Shown here piece after piece: positions 1-8,287 of a stretch of 64,000 bases of DNA. This stretch comes from an uncultured Gammaproteobacteria bacterium (GTDB lineage: Bacteria > Patescibacteriota > Patescibacteriia > Magasanikbacterales > JBBTXJ01), in NCBI GenBank assembly GCA_964610305.1, contig CAZSVL010000003.1, positions 13,122 to 77,121 on the forward strand. The letters are read 5' to 3'. The notes under the pieces were generated by a model. The model had not been told where the DNA came from and did no database searches. It saw only the letters and a program-made list of their open reading frames with translations. Position 1 is the first letter of the stretch. Each line of letters begins with the position of its first letter. The position numbers and the translations under genes were made by a program.

Positions 1-387
1 ATTTTGGAAATCCAGCCTATCTCCGCTGGTGAGCTCATTAAACACTTTTTGGTCTCTACGGAAATTCGCATCCCGTGGGTTGCTTACAATTCTGTACCTT
101 ACTCTAAAGCCGCGCTCACGCAGGATTGCACCAAACAGGAGCGATAAGCTCAGGCAGTTACCGCGTCTGTGCTTAACTAAATCTTGCGCCGTCAAAGCGC
201 CGTCATCATATGTCCATCCAGAGCTGATCAAAAAGGAGCGAATCTGTAGAGCCGCATCCATAATGTCCGGCGGTAGGACGGGAAGGTCAGAGAAAAGCTC
301 CCTGAGTTTTTTGGTTTGGGTTCCTTCACACCCAGACACCATGCTAAGAATAGGCCAGTAATGCGGAAGTGTATGAATTGTTTTCAT
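1..387 (-). CDS. Transglutaminase-like domain protein (partial, runs off window start)
   Basis: Read manually: ATG at 387 with GGAGGA SD; MKTIHTLPHYW...KHRRGNCLSLSLLFGAILRERGF resembles a transglutaminase-like GxC motif; frame open to position 1. Confidence 0.6.
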   Translation of the reverse strand, partial: MKTIHTLPHYWPILSMVSGCEGTQTKKLRELFSDLPVLPPDIMDAALQIRSFLISSGWTYDDGALTAQDLVKHRRGNCLSLSLLFGAILRERGFRVRYRIVSNPRDANFRRDQKVFNELTSGDRLDFQN

Positions 388-427
388 GATTCCTCCACCC
401 GCAACGTAGCATGAAAAAAAGACTTTG

Positions 428-1063
428 TCAAGTGGTTATCGTGTCTGTTTCTACCGTGTATCCACGCTCTCTTAGAACGTCAACAAACAAGCGTTGAACC
501 AATCCGGGGGAGCGGTAGACGGCGTCATGAATTGGCATGACCACCTCTGGTTTAATACGCTCCACAAAATCTAGAACGTCGTTTGCCGTTGCCCAGGGAG
601 CGCTTGCGGGGGCGAGTAATATTTTTGGATTAGATTCTAAGACGGGGTGCAGGCAGTCAGATGGATGGAGAACCTGATCATCTAGCAGGAAGCCAATTGA
701 CTGTGGTACCGGGATAGGAAGTTTTTCGTGAGGGCAGTCTATTGCTTTTATATTGATAGCACCGACACTGAAACTCTCGTTTACTGCCACGACGGCCGCT
801 TTAATTTGATGATCACCAAGAATTTTTGCAATAGAATCGTTAGTGTATATTGAGCAGTCCGGATTGACGGACAGGATCTCCTTTATAATTTCTGGCTCTG
901 TGTGATCACGGTGTTCGTGCGTGAGCAGTACGGCATTTATATCAATAAAATCACTCGGCTTTTTTCCGTTTACATCAAACGCAAAAGTCCCCGGATCAAT
1001 GAGGATTCTGGTGCCTTCTTTTTCTATGAGGACGCAGGAGTGTCCTTGGTGTGAGATTTTCAT
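428..1063 (-). CDS. MBL-fold metallo-hydrolase (UlaG-like)
   Basis: GHSC, LIDPG, THEHRDH and MPIHD motifs. Confidence 0.9.
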   Translation of the reverse strand: MKISHQGHSCVLIEKEGTRILIDPGTFAFDVNGKKPSDFIDINAVLLTHEHRDHTEPEIIKEILSVNPDCSIYTNDSIAKILGDHQIKAAVVAVNESFSVGAINIKAIDCPHEKLPIPVPQSIGFLLDDQVLHPSDCLHPVLESNPKILLAPASAPWATANDVLDFVERIKPEVVMPIHDAVYRSPGLVQRLFVDVLRERGYTVETDTITT

Positions 1064-1317
1064 TTCGTCGAGTTTGATATTTGATTCTTAAGTAGTTCTT
1101 TCTGCTGACTATTGTGTTTGAGTATATATTCTCGCCGTCTAGCATCTCGCTCATTTTTATATGCTTCGTAATACACGAGAGTGAAGGGTCGAAAGTTGCG
1201 TGTGGCGTTTACCTTGCCGTCTTGGTGAGTCTTAAAACGTTGGCGTAAGTCGTTTGAGTAGCCGATGTAGATCCAATTAAGCCGTTTGTGGCTTTGCAGT
1301 GCGTAGACATAATGCAT
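1060..1317 (-). CDS. Small GIY-YIG nuclease
   Basis: YVYALQS...IYIGYSNDLRQRFKTH...LVYYEAY..ERDARRRE; ATG at 1317 directly after the tRNA-Cys 3' end. Confidence 0.9.
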   Translation of the reverse strand: MHYVYALQSHKRLNWIYIGYSNDLRQRFKTHQDGKVNATRNFRPFTLVYYEAYKNERDARRREYILKHNSQQKELLKNQISNSTK

Positions 1318-1319
1318 TG

Positions 1320-1393
1320 AGGCCACGGCGGGATTCGCACCCGCGAATAACGGTTTTGCAGACCGTCGTGTTAGACTACTTCACCACGTGGCC
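1320..1393 (-). tRNA. tRNA-Cys(GCA)
   Basis: Cloverleaf GGCCACG/CGTGGCC, anticodon arm GACGG-TCTGCAAAA-CCGTT. Confidence 0.9.
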
Positions 1394-1409
1394 GTGATGA
1401 TAAATTGTG

Positions 1410-1485
1410 AACGTGTTTTGTCTCCCTTTGGGAGATCCCCCGAAGGGGGACAGACCGTCGTGTTAGACTACTTCACCACGTGGCC
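1410..1485 (-). pseudogene. Duplicated 5' half of tRNA-Cys with 30-nt double-hairpin insertion (1421-1450) in the anticodon
   Basis: 1451-1485 identical to the 5' 35 nt of the intact tRNA-Cys; insertion between G34 and C35. Confidence 0.85.
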
Positions 1486-1519
1486 GTGTTGCGTAGGATA
1501 CTAGAAATTAAGCGTTATG

Positions 1520-2545
1520 TCAACGGGGGCGGGCTCGCCACATCTTGGTTGCATGTCTTAGGGGAACGGGCGTTTGGCGTGCCTTAAAAAGAAGGTCTGA
1601 AATGATGTTGCTCTCGTGCAATTCTTCTAGATCATCAAGCTCATCTGTTTGAAATAGACTAACTGCAGGGACCGGCTGTCCGGCGCCGGTGTAAGAGCAC
1701 TCATTGCAGCCAGGGCAGTGAGCACCTTTTAGTCCAGCAAGATTGCCTGCGGTGTCAAAGGCACTTAAAAAGGCTGGTACGTCTGGGTGTTGGTCTATGG
1801 CCCGGCTGCAGTTTGAGCATCCTCCTACAAAAGGAGTTACTGAGGCTAGGCCTTTAAGAAGAGGGCCGCGTAGCATGGCTTGGATGTTTTGCTGATGGGA
1901 GATGGTATCAATGGGAGTGTTTGATGGCATGCCTAGAACAATCATGGTGCCTGCAAGTGCCGCATGTTCTATGTGTTGCCATAGCTCTGAGCTAAAACGC
2001 ATGGGAGCCAAAATAAGTACAAAAGACGGCCCTGCTGCAACGGTGTTGTTGAGAGTTTCAATTGCAGAGTTTTCATTGAGCAAAAGCACCGCTACTTTCT
2101 GTTTCTTATCTATGTTTTTAATTACATGGCCTACACCATCAAGCGCTGCCAGTGTGGCTCCTGGTGTGGGGGCGCAGAGCATCATTATTCCGCTCCTGTG
2201 ATCCAACATATCTTTTATTTTCCCTCTCTGCTCTTTAGTAAGCAATTTTTTGGGGTCTGAAAGGCTGGAAGGAATATCGCTTATTTCAAAGATATTGTTG
2301 TTTGATCGCAACAAATACGAGCCTTGGGCGTCTTCAACTTTTTTTTGAAAGTGCTTATGTTTGGAGAATCTCTTTATAAAGGCTTTAAAAGAAGAAGCAA
2401 GCGACTCTGGTAATGAGAGTTTGACGTGAGCAGGCGCGTTTCCAACGTGAGCAAGCAAGCAATCACCTTTAATTTCAATAGAAGCGGTAGACCACGGAGT
2501 GCGTGATCTTTGGTGTTGCAGTAGGCTTTGTATAAACGCTTGCAT
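1520..2545 (-). CDS. Degenerate GspE/PilB-like ATPase-fold protein
   Basis: Eroded Walker A region (MMLCAPTPGAT), AALAG motif, CxxC...GCxxC..TG zinc motif; probable start MQAF at 2545. Confidence 0.55.
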   Translation of the reverse strand: MQAFIQSLLQHQRSRTPWSTASIEIKGDCLLAHVGNAPAHVKLSLPESLASSFKAFIKRFSKHKHFQKKVEDAQGSYLLRSNNNIFEISDIPSSLSDPKKLLTKEQRGKIKDMLDHRSGIMMLCAPTPGATLAALDGVGHVIKNIDKKQKVAVLLLNENSAIETLNNTVAAGPSFVLILAPMRFSSELWQHIEHAALAGTMIVLGMPSNTPIDTISHQQNIQAMLRGPLLKGLASVTPFVGGCSNCSRAIDQHPDVPAFLSAFDTAGNLAGLKGAHCPGCNECSYTGAGQPVPAVSLFQTDELDDLEELHESNIISDLLFKARQTPVPLRHATKMWRARPR

Positions 2546-2650
2546 AGCTCTTAGTATATACGCAGGAGTCTGTGGCGGCAATGTGGGGACAGATACTTGA
2601 CGTAAAAAAGCCCTCGTGTTACCATAGTGCCGTTGCGTAAGCATTTTTTT

Positions 2651-3280
2651 ATGTACGAATTTTATTGTGTTGCGTCTGGAGACTTAACTGAAGAGCAGGC
2701 GCAGGAAAAACTAAAAGAAGTAAAAGAAAAAATAGCCGCCATGGGAGCGGTTGTTGATGATGTGGTTGATTTGGGCAGACAAAAGTTGGCGTATCCAATA
2801 GCGCATCAAAATTTTGGCTACGTTTATACCTTATATATAGAGGTGGATGGTAGCAAAGCAGTAAATGTGCGCACAGAGCTTGAGCGCCACTTAAATTTGC
2901 TTAGAGTTTTTGCGCGTAGCTTTAATCCGTCAGAGCAAAAAAAGGCCGCAGCAGAGCGCACTACCTCAATTAGACCAAAGAGAAGAGGCGCAAAAGATGA
3001 TAAGAAAAAAGAGGTAAGACGGGCTGTTATGACGGCTCCAAAACCAGCGCAGGCGCCAGTAGAAACTACTGCTCCCGCGGCGCCCAAAAAAGAAGTAACG
3101 CCAGAGATGCCAACACTTCAAGAGCAAGTTCAGGCAGAAAAAGAGGCAGTGGCAGCAGACAAGCAAGATGATGCAGATAAGTCTGTACCGGTAATTGACG
3201 AGCAAAAGGCAGATTTGGAAGCAATTGACGCAAAATTGGATGAATTGCTAGATACTGATCTGATTCCAGAGATTAAATAA
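2651..3280 (+). CDS. rpsF: 30S ribosomal protein S6 with long low-complexity C-terminal tail
   Basis: MYEF...LGRQKLAYPI motif; rpsF-ssb-rpsR synteny. Confidence 0.93.
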   Translation: MYEFYCVASGDLTEEQAQEKLKEVKEKIAAMGAVVDDVVDLGRQKLAYPIAHQNFGYVYTLYIEVDGSKAVNVRTELERHLNLLRVFARSFNPSEQKKAAAERTTSIRPKRRGAKDDKKKEVRRAVMTAPKPAQAPVETTAPAAPKKEVTPEMPTLQEQVQAEKEAVAADKQDDADKSVPVIDEQKADLEAIDAKLDELLDTDLIPEIK

Positions 3281-3309
3281 CGCTTTTTCTTCTCATAACT
3301 CTACTTTCT

Positions 3310-3843
3310 ATGGATCTCAACCGCGTTCAAATAATTGGAAACATGACACGCGACCCAGAATTGCGCACCACGCAAGGTGGTCAGTCGGTTTGCTCATTTG
3401 GTGTTGCAACCAATAGGCGCTATACCGGAAAAGATGGTCAACAACAAGAACAAACAGAGTTTCACAATATTGTAGCGTGGGCAAAGCTCGCAGAGATCAT
3501 TTGTCAGTATTTAGGCAAAGGAAGAAAAGTATATATTGAAGGAAGGCTGCAAACACGAGAATGGCAAGGACAAGATGGCAATACCAGAAGAACAACAGAG
3601 ATAGTTGCAGAGAATATGATAATGTTGGATCGTGCTGGTGGCAGTCAGGGAGCTCCTGCTCCGCGGCCCGCGGCGGCTCCAGCTCCGTTTCAAAATCAGG
3701 CAGCGCCAGCTCCGCAGCCCGCAGCTCCAGCGCCAGCTCCGGTAGAGCAGATTCCAACCATTAATTTAGATGAACCTACTCCTGCTCCTAGCGATCCAGG
3801 CATGACACAAGAAGACGTTCAGGTAGATGAGATTCCCTTTTAA
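3310..3843 (+). CDS. ssb: Single-stranded DNA-binding protein
   Basis: LNRVQIIGNMTRDPELR; acidic C-terminus ending DEIPF. Confidence 0.97.
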   Translation: MDLNRVQIIGNMTRDPELRTTQGGQSVCSFGVATNRRYTGKDGQQQEQTEFHNIVAWAKLAEIICQYLGKGRKVYIEGRLQTREWQGQDGNTRRTTEIVAENMIMLDRAGGSQGAPAPRPAAAPAPFQNQAAPAPQPAAPAPAPVEQIPTINLDEPTPAPSDPGMTQEDVQVDEIPF

Positions 3844-3845
3844 TT

Positions 3846-4061
3846 ATGCAAATCAAAAAGCAAGACAAAATGTGCTACTACTGTGTTAAGAACTCAGAGA
3901 TAGCGCCAACTGACGCCGTAACACTGCAACGGTTTATTTCTTCATATAAAAAAATTCAGCCTAGAAAAAGAAGCGGTTTGTGCGCCCTTCATCAGCGCAA
4001 GGTTTCTAAGGCCATCAAGCAGGCCAGAATAATGGGTCTTCTTCCGTTTGTTGCAGAGTAG
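3846..4061 (+). CDS. rpsR: 30S ribosomal protein S18
   Basis: CYYC...KIQPRKRSGLCALHQRKVSKAIKQARIMGLLPF. Confidence 0.95.
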   Translation: MQIKKQDKMCYYCVKNSEIAPTDAVTLQRFISSYKKIQPRKRSGLCALHQRKVSKAIKQARIMGLLPFVAE

Positions 4062-4066
4062 CTTGT

Positions 4067-4222
4067 AGTATAGAGTATTCAGTATTGAGTATTCAGCGGG
4101 TGCCCGCTTGTCATTCTGAACTTGATTCAGAATCCAGTTAGAAATAGAGCGCGTTTTATATTTCTGCCTGGATCCCGGATCAAGTCCGGGATGACGCTTA
4201 AACGTACTGAATACTCTATACT
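4067..4222. repeat. Heptamer-based 18-bp inverted repeat enclosing a GTCAT...ATGAC palindrome (4110-4195)
   Basis: agtatagagtattcagta (4067-4084) / tactgaatactctatact (4205-4222). Confidence 0.85.
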
Positions 4223-4227
4223 CAAAA

Positions 4228-4788
4228 ATGGCATCCTACGAGATTTTAAAAAAGGGGACCGTTATCAAATATAAAGGTGCTCCTCATGTGGTGGTTTTTC
4301 ACCAGCATTATAAACCGGGCAAAGGCCCGGCTTTTGTGCGCACAAAGCTTAAGAATCTTATATCTGGAAACGTAATAGAGAATAATTTTAAGGGCGGAGA
4401 TCAGGTGGAGCCGGTAGAGGTAGAGCGTCAGAATTTGCAGTACTTATATCCGGGAGAGGGCGAGTATAATTTTATGCGTACCGATACCTATGAGCAAATA
4501 TCAATTCCGGCAGATGTAGTAGGGGATCAAATGCAATGGCTTAAAGAGAGTCAAGAGGTAATTGGACTTTTTTTTGAAGGATCAGTTGTTTCCGTAGATA
4601 TTCCAACCAAGTTAACGCTAAAAGTTGTCTCTGCTGGAGAGGGTGTTCGCGGTGATACGGCATCCGGAACCGCCACAAAAGAGGTGGAGCTAGAGACGGG
4701 AACAAAAATTCAGGTCCCACTTTTTATAAAACAAGGTCAGTCCGTTGTAATAAACACGGAAACAGGAAGCTACGCAGAAAGAGTGTAG
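4228..4788 (+). CDS. efp: Elongation factor P
   Basis: KPGKGPAFVRTKLKN, GVRGDTASG, VPLFIKQG. Confidence 0.97.
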   Translation: MASYEILKKGTVIKYKGAPHVVVFHQHYKPGKGPAFVRTKLKNLISGNVIENNFKGGDQVEPVEVERQNLQYLYPGEGEYNFMRTDTYEQISIPADVVGDQMQWLKESQEVIGLFFEGSVVSVDIPTKLTLKVVSAGEGVRGDTASGTATKEVELETGTKIQVPLFIKQGQSVVINTETGSYAERV

Positions 4789-4907
4789 CGGAGGGCGCAA
4801 GACAACTCGGTTTGCTAGGATGCAGTTTGTGCGTCCTTTTTTTATCTTGACAAATGTTTGTAACTAGGCTATAGTCTACTACGCACATTTACAACACGGA
4901 GGTCTCC

Positions 4908-6134
4908 ATGCGCAAGAGAAAATTGTGCACTAAATACGGCGAAATTCAGGTTCCAGCAAAGTCGCTGCACGGAAGCGCTGTGCTGTATTCTGAGCAGACG
5001 GTGGAGATTCTTGCTGGCACAAAAATGCGTGACGGCAAGGTTCTTAAAAAGTCAGTTACACTGCTCCCAGGAACCATCTTCATGCCACGGCTTCACAAGC
5101 CGGAGACAGGAAGGCCGTACTTTGTCTGGCAGATTTACGCTCAAGGAATCTTTGATGCTCTGCGCGGAATTATGCATATTCAGGCTGGCTACGATAGTCA
5201 GTATGAGCAGCGATACGGCCGGATGGGTGAGGTGCAGACCATAGAAGACGTGCGGTCAGCTCTGAACACCATTTTGGGATGGCTTGCCACTTACAGCAGC
5301 CTCTCTGATTTAGAGAAAGATGCGCTTGGTGAGTTTATCTCTGGAAAAACAGAGCTTGTGGGTAATGTTCAGGATGAGCATAAGCGCAGAGCGCTAGAGC
5401 GGATGATTGCCGCAAGCAAAGAAAAAGATTCTTCTGGGAAGTCTAACCCTAGTGCGCGTATGGCGCGCAGTGTTGGTGCCCGTAGAGATCTGCATGAGCG
5501 TCTGTCTCTGATCAGATTCATTGAGCCGCGGATTGGTACGCGCGCAGTTGCTTTGGCAACAGAAGACGCACGGATCCGCAGGATTTACGCGGACGCGTAC
5601 AAAAGATTTAGTGCCATTGAAAACTCAATCGGCAATGCAATTGCTGGTATGGGAGATAGCGCCAAGCGCTTTGCTGTTACGGTGATGGGAATGGTGGAAG
5701 ATCTGCAGACTATCAAGGTTGGACCCTATCCATCGCATGTGCAGAGGATCGTTAAAGATGCTCAGCAGGTTGGTAACTATATTGCAGCAAACCAAAAGAA
5801 GAAGGCACTTGCTGTACGCAAGAGGATCCTGGAGTCTCTGCGTTGCAAGAGAGCTCGCTGGCAGCTAGAGGGTATCCGTACGCCGCTTTCAATTGCAGCG
5901 GCAGGAAAAAAGAAAGATAGAGAAGCGGCTGTTGCGGCGGGGACACACAAGGTTTTTGCTGCAAGGTTGCAGGATTTCTCTGGAAGAATGGCAACCATTG
6001 CGGACGAGGATTTCAGCAAGAAAGTGAGATCCTTTGCGGTGGTGCGTTGTGATAAAGCGGCATCGCTCTTGATGGATCTGGAAGATTTTAGGGGTGCCAA
6101 GACCCTCGTCGGAGAAGCTTGTAACAGACTCTAG
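4908..6134 (+). CDS. Hypothetical basic helical protein
   Basis: 408-aa ORF with GGAGG SD and upstream TTGACA...TATAGT promoter. Confidence 0.75.
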   Translation: MRKRKLCTKYGEIQVPAKSLHGSAVLYSEQTVEILAGTKMRDGKVLKKSVTLLPGTIFMPRLHKPETGRPYFVWQIYAQGIFDALRGIMHIQAGYDSQYEQRYGRMGEVQTIEDVRSALNTILGWLATYSSLSDLEKDALGEFISGKTELVGNVQDEHKRRALERMIAASKEKDSSGKSNPSARMARSVGARRDLHERLSLIRFIEPRIGTRAVALATEDARIRRIYADAYKRFSAIENSIGNAIAGMGDSAKRFAVTVMGMVEDLQTIKVGPYPSHVQRIVKDAQQVGNYIAANQKKKALAVRKRILESLRCKRARWQLEGIRTPLSIAAAGKKKDREAAVAAGTHKVFAARLQDFSGRMATIADEDFSKKVRSFAVVRCDKAASLLMDLEDFRGAKTLVGEACNRL

Positions 6135-6434
6135 TTTGGTGGTGGCAGGATTGGCTGCTTATTAAAGAAAGAGGATGTTGCTACCATCATTCTACCTTAA
6201 AGATTTGCAGCAACAAGATTTAGCTTTTTGTAAGATGAACGTGCTGTTGCTGCTGTTTGTTTGCTACCCAAGAGAGGTTGTGTAGTAAGACGGTTCCGGC
6301 TGGGCGGCTTTTCTTTATTGAACTTTTCAGTGGCAAGATCGGCGAGCTGCAAGGACCAAGGGAGTGCCACTGTTTTCCGACGTTGCGTTGCAGCGTCGGT
6401 TTTTAATTTAAAAAGCGCCTTGCGGCGCCTTTTT

Positions 6435-7499
6435 CTATCCTGCAATGAGTTCCTGCTTCTCAACTTCTTCCAGTATCGCTTTCTTAATTTTCGGAATGAG
6501 CTTAGGATTGTCATTTTTCATATACAGCCTTGCTTTCTCCCTTCCCACACCCAAGCGCTCCTCGCCATAGGTGTAGCTGTTGCCGCTTTTTTTAATTACA
6601 CCATAGAGCACGCCGGCATCAAGCAAGTCTCCTGTAATTGAAATACCCTCGTTATACATTATGTTCACAATAGCTGTTCTAAACGGTGGTGCCACTTTAT
6701 TTTTAACAATCTTCACCTTCACTTGGTTGCCCACAATTTTGTCACTTTGTTTTATCTGAGCGCTGCGCCTTACTTCTATTCTAATACTTGAATAAAATTT
6801 AAGCGCGTTTCCTCCCGTGGTGGTCTCAGGATTGCCAAAGAAGACGCCAATTTTGTGCCGTGTTTGGTTTATAAAGATAACCACAGTATTTGTCTTTGCA
6901 ACAATACCCGCAAGTTTTCTGAGGGCTTGGCTCATGAGTCTTGCTTGCAGCCCCATGTGTCGATCCCCCATATCGCCCTCAATTTCCGCCTTGGGAACCA
7001 GTGCTGCAACAGAGTCAACAACAATAACATCAACAGCATTTGATCTCACCAGCGTCTCAACAATTTCCAAGGCTTGCTCACCAGTATCAGGCTGAGAAAT
7101 TAAAAGCTCATCTACATTCACACCAATTTTTTTTGCGTATTCTGGATCAAGCGCATGCTCTGCATCTACAAAAGCAGCCAGACCGCCTATTTTTTGAACC
7201 TCAGAAACAATGTGCTGCGCCAGCGTTGTTTTTCCTGATGCTTCTGGACCAAATACTTCTATTATTCTTCCGCGTGGTACGCCACCAATGCCCAGTGCAA
7301 TATCAATAGAGAGACAACCGGTAGGGATGGCGTCTATTTCAGTTCGTTTGGCCTGGCCGAACTTCATTATAGAGCCATCTCCAAATCTTTGCTTTATCTG
7401 ATCAATAGCGGCCTGCGCTGCCGCGGCTCTTGGGTCGGTCTTTTTGTTCTCCTCTTTCTTTTTCCCCTCCTTGGATTTAGTTTGCGTCTGCTCTGGCAT
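6435..7499 (-). CDS. recA: Recombinase RecA
   Basis: [29 protein letters not shown]. Confidence 0.99.
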   Translation of the reverse strand: MPEQTQTKSKEGKKKEENKKTDPRAAAAQAAIDQIKQRFGDGSIMKFGQAKRTEIDAIPTGCLSIDIALGIGGVPRGRIIEVFGPEASGKTTLAQHIVSEVQKIGGLAAFVDAEHALDPEYAKKIGVNVDELLISQPDTGEQALEIVETLVRSNAVDVIVVDSVAALVPKAEIEGDMGDRHMGLQARLMSQALRKLAGIVAKTNTVVIFINQTRHKIGVFFGNPETTTGGNALKFYSSIRIEVRRSAQIKQSDKIVGNQVKVKIVKNKVAPPFRTAIVNIMYNEGISITGDLLDAGVLYGVIKKSGNSYTYGEERLGVGREKARLYMKNDNPKLIPKIKKAILEEVEKQELIAG

Positions 7500-7580
7500 A
7501 GGTTTGAGTAATATATGAAGGGTTGTATTTTAGCGCTTTGCGGCAATGCATGCAAATTATAAATGCCCCGCTTGGGGCAT

Positions 7581-8285
7581 TTAGTTTTTATGTGTTGTAG
7601 GCGCAAGGGAAAGTGCCTGCGCTGTTTTTGATCTTACTATGGTTCTGCTGGTAATTGTTTGTTTGCCAGATTTTTTTGTGGCCTGAACCGTTACTGTGTT
7701 TATTCCTTTTTGAAGTGGAATCTCTGTTTCAAACCTGCCTTCTTCATTGCTTTGGATGGGTTCGCCATTTATATGTATAGAAACTTGTTTCTCACTTTTG
7801 CCGCTTATGGTTACTGACGCTGCGCTTGTCATCAGGCCGTCAGGTGGATTATAAAGCGCTAGACTTGGCGGCTGAACAAATTGCCAGAGCTGCCAGAGAA
7901 GCCCTCCTGAGAAAACCACCACCAAAAGCGTCAACACACCGGCTCGGGCTAGTCGTGAAAAATCAAACAGAGATTTTTTGTTTACACACGGTGAGGGTAA
8001 AAGCTGCTTTTCTTTTTTGTTCCATTTATTTTCAAAGCCAAAACCGGCGAGCGCCATTGCGGGGTCCATGCCTACTGCCTTTGCATAGCACTTAATATAG
8101 TGCTTGACGTAAATAGAAGCAGCGGGGATATCATTTATACGACACTCCTCCAGAGCGGTGAGATTTTTAACATTTATGCGTGTTTGCTCTGAGAGCTGCT
8201 CTAAGCTCAGCCCCTTTTGCAGGCGTGCCGACTTGAGCGCAACGCAATAACGTTTAGTCTCCTTTATTTTTTTTGCTTTAAACAT
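7581..8285 (-). CDS. RodZ-like HTH membrane protein with C-terminal Ig-like domain
   Basis: N-terminal XRE HTH, TM helix, Ig-like tail; downstream of ftsK. Confidence 0.75.
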   Translation of the reverse strand: MFKAKKIKETKRYCVALKSARLQKGLSLEQLSEQTRINVKNLTALEECRINDIPAASIYVKHYIKCYAKAVGMDPAMALAGFGFENKWNKKEKQLLPSPCVNKKSLFDFSRLARAGVLTLLVVVFSGGLLWQLWQFVQPPSLALYNPPDGLMTSAASVTISGKSEKQVSIHINGEPIQSNEEGRFETEIPLQKGINTVTVQATKKSGKQTITSRTIVRSKTAQALSLAPTTHKN

Positions 8286-8287
8286 GT

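Noticed and set aside
29-361. 110-aa plus-strand ORF
   Set aside because: Shadow of a minus-strand ORF (1-387) that has an SD and a recognisable motif
2940-3280. Long Pro/Ala/acidic tail on ribosomal protein S6
   Set aside because: Extended low-complexity S6 tails are common; not considered novel
6197-6514. 105-aa basic ORF overlapping the recA 3' end
   Set aside because: Overlaps recA and its terminator-like region; no recognisable motif
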